A stretch of 64,000 nt of DNA from Octopus bimaculoides. Taxonomy: Eukaryota. Under the pieces are notes generated by a model. It saw only the letters and a list, made by a program, of their open reading frames with translations. It did not search any database and was not told the origin of the DNA. Where the stretch lies: the NCBI RefSeq assembly GCF_001194135.2, contig NC_068981.1, positions 153,933,999 to 153,997,998 of the forward strand, written 5' to 3'. A program made the translations under genes and the position numbers. Within the stretch, counting starts at the first letter, position 1, and each line of letters opens with the position of its first letter. This document shows, one piece after another, positions 26,481 to 37,459 of this stretch.

Positions 26481-27959
26481 TGGTTACACGTACGAAGTTT
26501 TTACCTACTTTTTTCAGCATGCGAGCACGGCCTTTTCCTAGATGGTTGTAGATTCTTGTCTTAAAACTATATATTCCCTCTATTTCGTATATCGAATGTG
26601 TTTGGGGGAATGGATCGTGCGCTACATCCGATCACCCCACATATATACACATGCTCTCTGCGTGCATGTTTACATTTTAAACTACGAAAAATACGCGGAT
26701 ATAAAACATTACATAACACGTTCAAATATATTTTAAAAACCTTGATTCCCTTCATTTAAAACAAACATGGAATCATTATTTAACCCAAAGTTAATCAACA
26801 TTCGATAAAAGAAAATTAACACTAGTTATTTAGTTATAGAGCTAAATTTAATATAATCTTAGTCGTTTAACCCTGCGTCAGTTTCGATCGAGTAGACTTG
26901 TTACAGAAGACTTTCCAACCTTTTCTTTTAGTCATAGTTAGGACAACATTATCTTCTATATCTTTCTTTTAATGACAATATTGTGTACTGTGAATGAGAT
27001 TCGGCTACTATTTCTACGAAATCGAGAGATCTCTCTCGTTGGATCGTTTAGAGTTAAATTTATCAGCTACAGATTCTACCAAAAGTTTAGAATTCACAAA
27101 ACAACCAATTCGAATAGGTTCAGTGACTTAGAACTGAAATAAACTTCTAAAACAAAATTCAAAATTAAAAATGAACGCTACTATGACATCACTGATCAGG
27201 TGGTTAAAAATCTCTTCAAAGATTTAAAAAAAGTTTTGAAACAATTTAGTGTGTGAAAAAAAATATAACATCGGAGTTGTAAATAGTAAGCGAAATGTGT
27301 AAAAGAGATGTAATTAATGAAAATATGCATCACCGAGATGTAAATGTGAACAAAGGGACGCTACTCTTACTTTTTTTCGTTAACCATCTTAGTAATTTTT
27401 TTTTTCTTTCGTTTCGAAACAAAAAAGTAAAAACAAGGAAAAATATAACAAATGAGTTTTCACCGAACATAAAATGCTAAAGCTGGCCAAGTTAACAGAA
27501 TATTAGACTGCCACCAGAAGGGTCGATTGTTCGTATCACGTTACTGGAACTATTTCATGCCTACTTCTGATGTAGTTTCTCTCAAAAGCCCCAATGGCTA
27601 GGTAAGAATTACTAGTGTAAATAGTGTCTAATTGATGAGTGTTTGGTTGACATGTAGTCCTGAATTTAAATTTTGAAATAGATGTATAGATGCGAGAGGG
27701 ATTGGCTCTGCCAACTTGTTTAAGTCTTCAGTGATGTTGAAGTCTTCAGTGATGTTCTTAGGAATCCACCAATGCTAATTGCATAAAACCCATGCAAGGA
27801 TGAATAAGTGAGTCGATTTCAAAGGCACAATTACAGAGCATTTATGTAAATAATAACATTTGTAATATACAGATATGCAAAAAACGTTTGTGTTCTATGA
27901 GAAGAATTTAGTTCTGACTTTTCAGGTAGTACCTTTCTTCAGACAGTATCATCTTGAGT

Positions 27960-28320
27960 TATCATCATCATCATCGTTTAACGTCCGTTTTCTATGCTGG
28001 CATGGGTTGGACGGTTCGACTGGGGTCAGGGAAGCCAGGAGGCTGCATCAGGCCCCAATCTGATCTGGCAGTGTTTCTACAGCTGGATGCCCTTCCTAAT
28101 GCCAACCACTCCGAGAGTGTAGTGGGTGCTTTTTACGTGCCACCGGCACAACGGGCCAGAGCAGCTGGCATCGACCACTATTGGATAGTGCTTTTTACAT
28201 GCCACCAGCACAGAAGGCAAGTCAAGGCGGCACTGGTATCGGCCACATTCGGATGGTGCTTTTTACGTGCTACCGGCATGGGGCTCACGACTACAATTTC
28301 CATTTGATTTGGTCAGTGGC
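27960..28320 (-). mobile_element. Family B repeat
   Basis: Same motif set, CpG-retaining. Confidence 0.75.
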
Positions 28321-29895
28321 TCTCAGCAGGTTGTCCCGTAGAAACCTCCAGTTGTCTTCCACATTATGTGATGCTATATACCCTCCTATTTCGTCGAAGG
28401 CTTCGAGTAATACTTAAAATATCCTCCTTTTCAAAATGGTAGGATATGATGTGAGGGAAATTTGGCTAATATTTCTCAATAGATCAAGCATTTACATAGA
28501 GGCTCCTCTTTTATTAATACTGTTCTAATTATTACTATGCTGATTAACAACAACTAATAGTCAAGCTACATGAAGTCGTAATCATGGCCAGTGCCAATGA
28601 CACGTAAAAGGCACCCAGTACTGTTTGTAGAGTGGATGGCATTAGGAAGGGCAGTCAGCCATAGAAACCAAGCCAAACCAGATTGGAGCCAGGTGCAGCT
28701 CTCCAGTTTACCAGTACCACCCAAACTGTCTAACCCATGCCAGCATGAGAAATGGTCGTTAAATGATGATGAATAGTGATAACGATTTGTCACATTAGCA
28801 CAAGGTTACAAATTTAAAATAAACAAAATTTCTGACTAAACAGGTAAGGGTTGGTAACAGGAAGAGTGTTTAGTCATAAACTGCTGCCCTGAATATATCC
28901 CCAAGCAATCCATGTTTGCATAGATAAATTGATGTTAAAAGAAGAAAAGAACAAGAAAAGAATATGCCTAGTTAAGCCAACAAAGTTATTGGATATTATT
29001 TTATCAACACCAGAGAAATGGTAAAAAAAAAAATCTACTCAAGTGAGACATGAACTTGGAATGTAGATGAACAAAACTAATTACTGCAAGGTGTTTTAAT
29101 TTGAATCTACAGACTAGATTATTCTCATAGCTGAAGGTGTGTGGCGTTGTGCTTAGGGTATTTGACCCATGACTGCAAGGTCGTGAGTTCAATTCCTGGC
29201 AACACATCAGGTCCTTGAGCAAGACACAATGTTACAATGCATTAAAATCCCTTAATAAAATGATTGTAGCAATACCACATAATCCATATATATACATCCG
29301 TTTGTTTGTGTTGAATGAATGAGAGAGGATTGCTCAGAGCATGTAGAGGATTTAGCGTTTTTTAAATTTTTTTATTGAAACTGAAACTAATAGTTTGATT
29401 CGTTTCATAATTAATGCATTGAGCTTTTAAACTAGAGGCAATAACATAGTGGGGAAAAACAAAGCAATACTTTGCTGCTGAAGTTATAATGCGATCACAT
29501 GTCTAGACTTGTTTCCTGCAGTTACCTAAGTAATTAAAATCATATTGGTCAATAACTAATATTAGTTTTCTTCTATATGGATGTAAAAAGCAGTACCAGA
29601 CTTGAATGATAACAGCTAGAAAGAGGTGAAGAGGCTTGATGAAGCATATGTCCCTCAGTGAACTGCAATGTTAAAAGAGAATATTAATGTTTTTCTAACT
29701 GCATAAATTATTACTAGTTCGCTTTTTAATGCTCCTCAGATTAAACAGATTAACATAACGATCGTTTTTCATCTATATGACATCGCTGAGCAACTTACTT
29801 CCAACTCAATTTTTGTTTTCTACTTAAGTTAGTTTGTAATCTTGTCCGTTTATGTAGTGAACCTCCAGTCGCTAATTTGACAAGTACGGTGAAGT

Positions 29896-31363
29896 CTATA
29901 CTTCACTAATGAAGTCATAATGAGCCCAAATAATGTCTGGAGTTGCACCTGTAAGAATCAAAATAAGATTAATCTCTTACTTTGACACAAAGCCACAGAT
30001 TCTGGGTAGGAGTATAATCGATTAAATCGAACCCAATTGTTCATAAACATTCCAATGTTTTATCGAACCTGGAAGGATGTAAGGCAAATTTGACCTTGAA
30101 AGTAAGGCTGTAAATATAGATGCTATAAAGAATTTTCTCAATACCGGAATGGTATTGTTTTCCTCACCGCATAATCATTTCTAGTAAGCTTTTAGATGTT
30201 TTCATTAACTTAGCTATTGTGTCTCACATACATGACGTCTGTGAGTGAGAATATTTATTTTAACAGAGCTTTTAATCAGTTTCTTTTCTTTTTTTTTTTT
30301 GAAAAATTGAAATTTTACTAACCAATTTTTTTCAGAATCGTAATCTTCGTATTTTTCTACGTATTTCGCAAAAAAACAGGAAAAGTGAAAAAATGCGATT
30401 TTTAAAACTTTTCTTCAGAATCGGATCCTCCATAACCAAAAACGTGGGATTCCGTAAAAAAAATCAATATATATCCATTTTACCGAAAGTTATGACGGAA
30501 AAATCGGATCTTGTGAATTTTCCGAAAGTCCTCTCCTCACCCCCCCNNNNNNNNNNNNNNNNNNNNNNCTCGGGTGGTCAACGCGCATTTTTTTTCATAT
30601 TCGGTTTCCACATACTTGTTAACACCCCCCACCCCAGCTGGTTAATTTTTTTTTTGTTCCCGGGTGAGGATCTTTATATTGACCCGAATTCCACGCTCTG
30701 AGAACTTTCAAGAGAGCGTGGAATTCGGATTCTGCGGTTTCGTTTTATTACCGACACACTTCATCTTCTCAGACTGAAAATTATTAAAAAAAGAAAAAAG
30801 AAGAAGAAAAAAGAGAAAGAAAGAAAGAGAACGACATGAAAAGACAAGCGTTGTTAGGTAAATAACACTAGCTGATGTTTGCGTCATAAACAACGAAATA
30901 ACATGCTTCACCGCTAGAGTTCTTTGTTGTGAATGGAGTATAATGTTATAATTTAGTGCCAGGTGAGCTCTGAATGAGCAGACCTACAATCAAAGGCATT
31001 CCAGTTATGACCAACCTATCTTTCCTAGGACTACATTATCCGACTGTCCTGTCTTTTGTTTTCTAACACGGTAGGGCATGGTTGAAGGACATTTGATTGT
31101 TATTTCTAGCAAGACGATCCACCGCGAAGAAGACCATCTAGTTATTTAAATCGGTGATTATCATAAAATGTAAGGGACATTATATTTAAGTACGAAGGAT
31201 AGGGCAAAATACAATTTGGTTAAAAGAAAATATTGTCTAACAATTGTTTACATTGATCAAGCCGGTGATATGAAGTCCATGTGATAAATGTATTTCCGGT
31301 AGAGAGTGCTTCCTGTTTGATCGCTGCTAGCAAGTCGTTTGTGTATTTATCTTTCTCCATCAT
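29896..31363 (-). CDS. Candidate spliced 54-aa small ORF, join(31363-31252, 29948-29896): MMEKDKYTNDLLAAIKQEALSTGNTFITWTSYHRLDQCATPDIIWAHYDFISEV
   Basis: Strong minus-strand acceptors at 31468-9 (tttatttcacttcatttgcAG) and 29949-50 (cttattttgattcttacAG). Donor CAAT|gtaaac is phase 1 and joins in frame. In-frame stops lie upstream of the ATG. Composition is protein-like, but I recognise no family. Confidence 0.42.
30290..30790. repeat. Related CpG-rich repeat with perfect 16-bp hairpin
   Basis: Shares about 90 bp with 33106-33185; stem 30684-30699/30713-30728. Confidence 0.55.
30547..30568. other. Assembly gap
   Basis: N run. Confidence 1.
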
Positions 31364-32976
31364 GTTTTGTCTTCTTTCACATATTTATAGCTTTAAAATG
31401 CCGCTTTGCTTCTCGTCTACATTCTGTCAACAGCAACCGCTGTATCATCTTGCATGGATACCAACAACTGCAAATGAAGTGAAATAAAGTGAAGCAATCA
31501 CTAAATCTTATGTTAAAACGGGAACAATTCTACTTCAACATAGGAAGGCGACCTCTAACGGAAACCAATTATTTCTTACACACCTTCTTCTTACGTAAAT
31601 ATAGAGTTTTCTTTGATATTAATCCATATGTATGTATTCTTAGATGTGGTATATTATTTTTATGCCACGTAGGTATTTACTAATCCCTTTATGCAAACAG
31701 TTGACCTTTCATTTTGTACATTCCATGTTCCTATCAACACCAGTTTCCAACCTGTTAAATGTGTTAGTTTCAATATTCTGTTTCTGTTATTTTCTTAGGC
31801 TTCCGCAGCTTTACACATGTCATTCATTCATATTTTTCTATCGTCCCATTTTTTGCCTCTTGGAATATTGAAAGTTATCGTTTCAATTTCTGCAAAATAT
31901 TCTCAGCTTCGTCTAGTTTAAAAGGAAAATATGGAAATATGTTATATTTTTACGTTAGAGGACAACTATAGCTTGTTTTATTATTCGTGTACAATGACAA
32001 ACTGAATTGACTGAATTCAGCTACCCATAGATTTGCACATACAATGATTATTTTTTTAAATAAAAATATTTCATCCATTCATTTTCCTGTATTTCTTCAC
32101 CTTTCACACTTGAAACTTCCCATTATATCTCCATGTATTTACCCATCGTTTCTAATGTTGTTATCCATCATAATAATTTTACTATGCCATTCCAAATATA
32201 TATCTGTTAACCTGTATATATATATATATACACACACACACACCTGTTAAGCTCTATTCTCTCTATGAAACATCTTTACTCTCTCCAACAATAAGAAAAG
32301 ATATAGTTTATTTACCTATAGTATTCATCTCTACTCTGTTGTGTTGACGATCGTAAATTACGATTAAATAAATCCAAGTGCAATTAGAGAGTAGACCGAC
32401 AAGCAGCTTGTATATCGATGTCTAGCCATGTGCTTAATTTTGCATGCAACTCTGCATTCAATTAAGTTAATAAGTTGTACATATTGTCTGTGTATGAAGT
32501 AACTTCATTAATTCTGTCATTGTGGTTTACAGTTCAAATAGATTTCGTTTTGGGGTGATTTTTTGTTGTTGTTATTTTTGTTAAAATACGTGCTAGACGA
32601 TAAAGAGTTGAACTTAGGATTCCTTTTAGGCTCTCCGATATTTGTAGAAGGAAAGGAAAAGTTATTCTCAGGCTGGAGACCTGAATGCTCGCAACAAAGT
32701 AAACTCCGATAAAGGGCTGAGAGTCGTATTAAACCGGCGGGTGCTTAAGTCTTCCACTCATTGTATCACTAGTGTCCAAATATTCCTTTTTTAAACGATT
32801 CAACACAATTCCACACATTGTGGAGAAGGTCACCCATTAATGGGAAGGATGAAAGATGAAGTGAATTCTAAGGTGTTTGAACACGAAACACAAAAAATGT
32901 TATTTCGTATAGCAAAGTATTTGGTGGGTAGTAAAGGACATGGACTGCACTCGCTTTTGGTTATTTTTATTTTTTT

Positions 32977-33299
32977 CTACAGAAACCCACCTTTTCGACT
33001 CCGAATCTGAAAGAAGAAATCGGCATTTCAAAAGACCCGCAACCACATGCTCACTTTCTGTCACAGATGCGCTGACGGAGTGGAGGGGGTGTTAATTTAT
33101 TTATTTTTGAAAAATTGAAATTTTAGCAATTTTTTTTTTCAGAATCATAATCTCCGTATTTTTCTACGTATTTCGCCAAAAGAAAAAAAAAAAAGAATTC
33201 TAAAAAAAGTGGAAAATTGGGAGAGGATTCAAATTTAGAAATGCTGATTTTTTTTTGCAGATTCGGAATCTCCGCAGTTGAAAAAGTGGGTTTCTGTAG
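32977..33299. repeat. Inverted-repeat (MITE-like) element, about 55-bp arms
   Basis: ctacagaaacccacc..ggcatttc (32977-33029) pairs with 33238-33299; internal 33106-33185 is a direct copy of 30292-30375. Confidence 0.65.
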
Positions 33300-34079
33300 G
33301 AACCTTCCCCCCACGAAAGGCGGTGCGGTTCATGTCCTTTACCTCCGCCTGTATTTGTACCCAGCTCTGTTGAGTTTGCCTATTGTCACTAAAAATAATT
33401 TTAAAATTTAGGTAGAAGTCTAGTTGTTTTGTAAGGCAAGGGCTTAGTCAATACCAGCAACAAAGTACTTGACTGGTTCTTTATTTTATCGATTCTCCAA
33501 GAAAAGCAAAGTTGACCTTGGCGCGATTTGAACTCAGGATGTTAAGACTGGGAGCAAATACTACAAGGCATTTTTTTCTATTGTTCTATCAATTCTGCCA
33601 ATCCACTACCTTATTATTATTGAGTTCAAATTCCCCCGAGGTCGACTTTGCCTTTCGTCCTTTTGGGGTCGATAAATAAGTACCAGTTGTGTAATGGGGG
33701 CAATCTAATTGACAGGCCTTCTCCCCCAAAATTTCAGGCCTTGTGCCTAGAGTAGAAAAGAATTGACTAGTCTCCTCCCCCAAATTTCAGGCCTTGTGCC
33801 TATAGTAGAAAGGATTATTATTATTATTATTGTTTCTGATATAGGCTAAAGGACACGAGTTGTCAGAAAGTAAGTAGAGTTGATTAAATCGATCCCTGTA
33901 CCTGAACGAGGATGATTTTATTTACCACGATTCAAATTACAAAGCATTTAACTACACCAGTGAAAAGAAAACAGAGACGTACAAAAACCGAAAGATAATT
34001 TATACTAAACAATCCAAAAGCTTTTACACAAACTGAAACACAGACACACACACAACGTAGATAGTTTGTTATGTAAGTG

Positions 34080-34600
34080 ATCTAATTACTAGTTTTTCTG
34101 AAAGTACAGTTGGTAGAATAAGAATAGGATAGAGAAAGTTCAGAGAGCTATTACGTCTATTGGCGGCAACAAAAGGTCTCTCTCTCAGAATGAAAGGCAG
34201 AATATATGGTGCTTGTGTATGAATGAACAGCAGTACTACATGATAGTGAAATGTAGGCTGTAAATGCAGAGGACATGTGAAGGCTTCGAAAGAAAGGAAG
34301 CTAGCATGCTCCACAGGATGTGCAGTACCAGTGTGCATGTACAACAAAGTGTAAATGCGTTGAGAGAAAAATTGGACATAAGGGATATAAGATGTTGTGT
34401 ACAAGAAAGAACACTGCACTGGTATGGTCATGTAATGTGTATGGATGAAGACAGCTGGATAAAGAAGTACTGATAGCTAAGTGTGGATGGAACCTGTGGA
34501 AGAGGAAGAAGTGGCACAAAGTAGTTAAAATGACCTCCATATGTTGTTGAGCATCACAGAAGAGTTGACAAAGGACTGAGATGATTGATCATTTGCTGTG
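34080..34600 (+). mobile_element. RTE C-terminal fragment
   Basis: GRIRIG*RKFRELL..LSLRMKGR, REKLDIRDIRCCVQERTLHWYGHV. Confidence 0.8.
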
Positions 34601-35390
34601 CCCGGGAAGACCCATCCATTTAAGCCAAAATACAGTTCTAAAGCCATGTCGTTTATGTTTATGCCCTTGCACATAGTCTGTCTCTGATGAATTCCCCTGC
34701 CCAAACTGCTCTGCCAAATGTACACCTTCCCTCCACCCATGTTTACCACTCACTGCGACCTACTCCCCTTTCCCATTCTTGCTAACTTACCTATTCACCC
34801 ACCTTGTTGAATACTCTGTAACTTCAGGGTATGCCCCAACTCATCTTGACCACCATTTTCTCCATCATCTCTCTCCCCTCTCTTTCCAATTGAGGTAGCC
34901 ATGTATCTCCTCAGCAGCAAAGCACCTATTTCTGCTCATCATACTTTGATTCCTCATCACCTGACACAAAACCACATAAAAAGCACCCAAAGTGCACCCT
35001 GTAAAGTGGTTGGCATTAGGAAGAGCATCCAGCCATAGAATCCTGCTAAAGCAGATAGTGGAGCTTAGCAACTAACTTATGAAGTATTGAACAAATGTAG
35101 GAGAGATTAAGATAAGCACAAATTTATATTATTAGTTTTACCCTTATGGTTGCTTGGAACTCTGCATTGGATGTTGCGAGTGCATTTGGAAGCAATAAAG
35201 TGTTCCTCATCAAAGAATGCTTTATTGCATTACGCTACAGAGAAGTAGTGTTGACACTAGTTATCTGTACCCTAATGCAATAATGTGTTCCCTGATGATA
35301 CATTCTCGTTAAGCATCCAAATGCACTTGGAAAACCTAATACAGGGTTCCAAGCAACTATAATATAAACTTGTATTTACCTTAATCTCGC

Positions 35391-35423
<33 letters not shown>

Positions 35424-35424
35424 C

Positions 35425-35810
35425 ACATAGGCACAGGCATGGCTGTGTGGTAAGAAGCTTGCTTGCCAACCACATGGTTCCAGGTTCAATCCCACTGTGT
35501 GACACCTTGGGCAAGTGTCTTCTACTATAGCCTTGGGCTGACCAAAGCCTTGTGAGTGAATTTGGTAGATGGAAACTGAAAAAAGCCTGTTGTATATATG
35601 TATATATTTATGTGTGTGTGTGACTTTGTGTCTGCTTGTATCCCCGTCACCACTTGACAACCGGTGTTGGTATGTTTATGTCCTTGTAATTTAGGAGTTC
35701 GTTAGAATAAATACTAGACTTTAATAAAAAAAATAAATCCTAGGGTTGATTTGTTTGACTAAAACCCTTCAAGGCGGTGCTCCAGCATGGCCACACTCAA
35801 ATAAAAGAAT
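35425..35810 (+). mobile_element. SINE family A
   Basis: Head ggcatggctgtgtggtaagaagc through the body. Confidence 0.78.
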
Positions 35811-37459
35811 ACATATACATTCAAATACTTCTTTTCCAATGACACACAGTTGGCAAGAAACAGTCATGAAAAGCTGTTTCCTGTCTTTGCAGCAAATTTC
35901 GACACTACCAAGTTTCTTTCCTCCACTTCACTTAATTGGCCTTCATTTAAGAAGGTAATCATTTCTTTGATAATGAATATCAATATCTCTGAGAACAAGG
36001 TAAAACATTTGTTGGTTCCAATTTCAGTACCACTAAAAATCCACCCATTTATACTATCTCTCCTACCCATCATGAAAAATGTTTTGGAGGTAAAAAAAAC
36101 ATTTTCGTTAATCTCCACTACAATCAAGTTTGCTAGCATCATCAGTGTCTCTAATTATCGACTGTGAGCAAGTATATATTCACTTCAATCATTCTCCTCA
36201 AAGTTATACCAACAGACTATTGTATACACCCATACTTGCAGCTCATTTTATGATACTTTGTGAGAACAGTCAACTCACTACTAGTGGAATTGCTGAATAG
36301 CTTTGTAAAGAAGTAATTTTGATTTTGAGATAATGAATTCTTCAAGCACATTCTTTTTAAACAGTTATAGCAATTCCACTTCCTCATGCCAGCTTTCCTT
36401 GAGACATCCACAAAACACATGAGTTTTTGACATGGCCACCATTTCTTGTTTTCAACAGTCCACCATTTAGCCATCACATCTTTCCCTCCTCATCTCAACT
36501 CTTCATACCATCAGGAATCATTTGTTCAAAATGCATTTCTAAATTATACAAATCTAGAAGCAATATTGACGAAATATTTTTACTAGTGGCAAATATGTTC
36601 ATACAAAAGTAAAACTGCAGTATCTCAGATTCTGAGAAACTGAAAGAATACAATAGTAAAATTTTCACTATTCCCATTACTTTTATTTGAGTTAAGTGAT
36701 AGAGCACCGTATTAATATTTTCGTTATCAAATATGTCATTTACATTATTTTACTCAGCTATTCTGTAATAGTCACAAAGGAATGTTTGTAATTTGATGTA
36801 GAACAAGTACATCATGTGACTTTTTTGTTTTCTTCATTAATATTTACACATACATATGTATGTACACACACACACTCACATATACATCTGCATGGCTTCT
36901 TGTTATTTGTCATCTCTTTTAGGTTTGCTCTCTTGCAGTGAGTTTTCACCATTTCTACCCATGTTTTCGTTGAACTTCAGCTTCTGCAGGTTCCTTCTAT
37001 ATGGATGCCCTGTCACTTCTTTACCCAACTAATGTCCATCATGCACATTGTGTCTCATTCTTTACTCAACTGTCACCCTCCATACACACTACGTTTCATT
37101 CCTCATATCTAGTTTCCTTCTCAATTCATTTGTTCTCTGTCACTCATTCATACTGACATTACACAATCAGTGGATTTTGTTCATCTCGTTTCTCACCTGC
37201 ATTTGCTCATCATCTACATTCAGTGCCCATGTTTTGCTGTTATGCAAGCATCACATAGTCTGACCTTCACTTAACATGTTAACCACCCTGGCTTGTTACT
37301 GAAACTTACCAGTGATGTTACATATTTCCGGTCACACTGCATGCCATTTGATTACAAGGAAATATAACTTTTTTATGCATTTTTACAGTATTTCATAATT
37401 AAACTTTAATATTCAACACTTATGTTATTTAAATATTCTTGGAACTATGTCAAAGATAC

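Larger units (their letters stand above)
26500..34050. promoter_or_regulatory. CpG-retaining domain, probable unmethylated (bidirectional) promoter region
   Basis: By eye, CG dinucleotides are frequent here and scarce in the flanks. The repeat copy at 33620-33675 keeps CpGs (gaggtcgact, ggggtcgat) that copies at 47.5-48.4 kb have lost (aggtcaact, gggttgat). TSS positions are not determined. Confidence 0.4.

Noticed and set aside
27502-27610. CTCF-like motif and + strand donor TAG|gtaaga as a possible miga first exon
   Set aside because: The motif has mismatches at key positions, and the donor cannot be linked to miga without reads.
29887-29906. 7-bp hairpin with the small-ORF stop codon in its loop, suggesting editing read-through
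   Set aside because: The stem is too short for ADAR and could be chance; read-through would add only about 9 residues.
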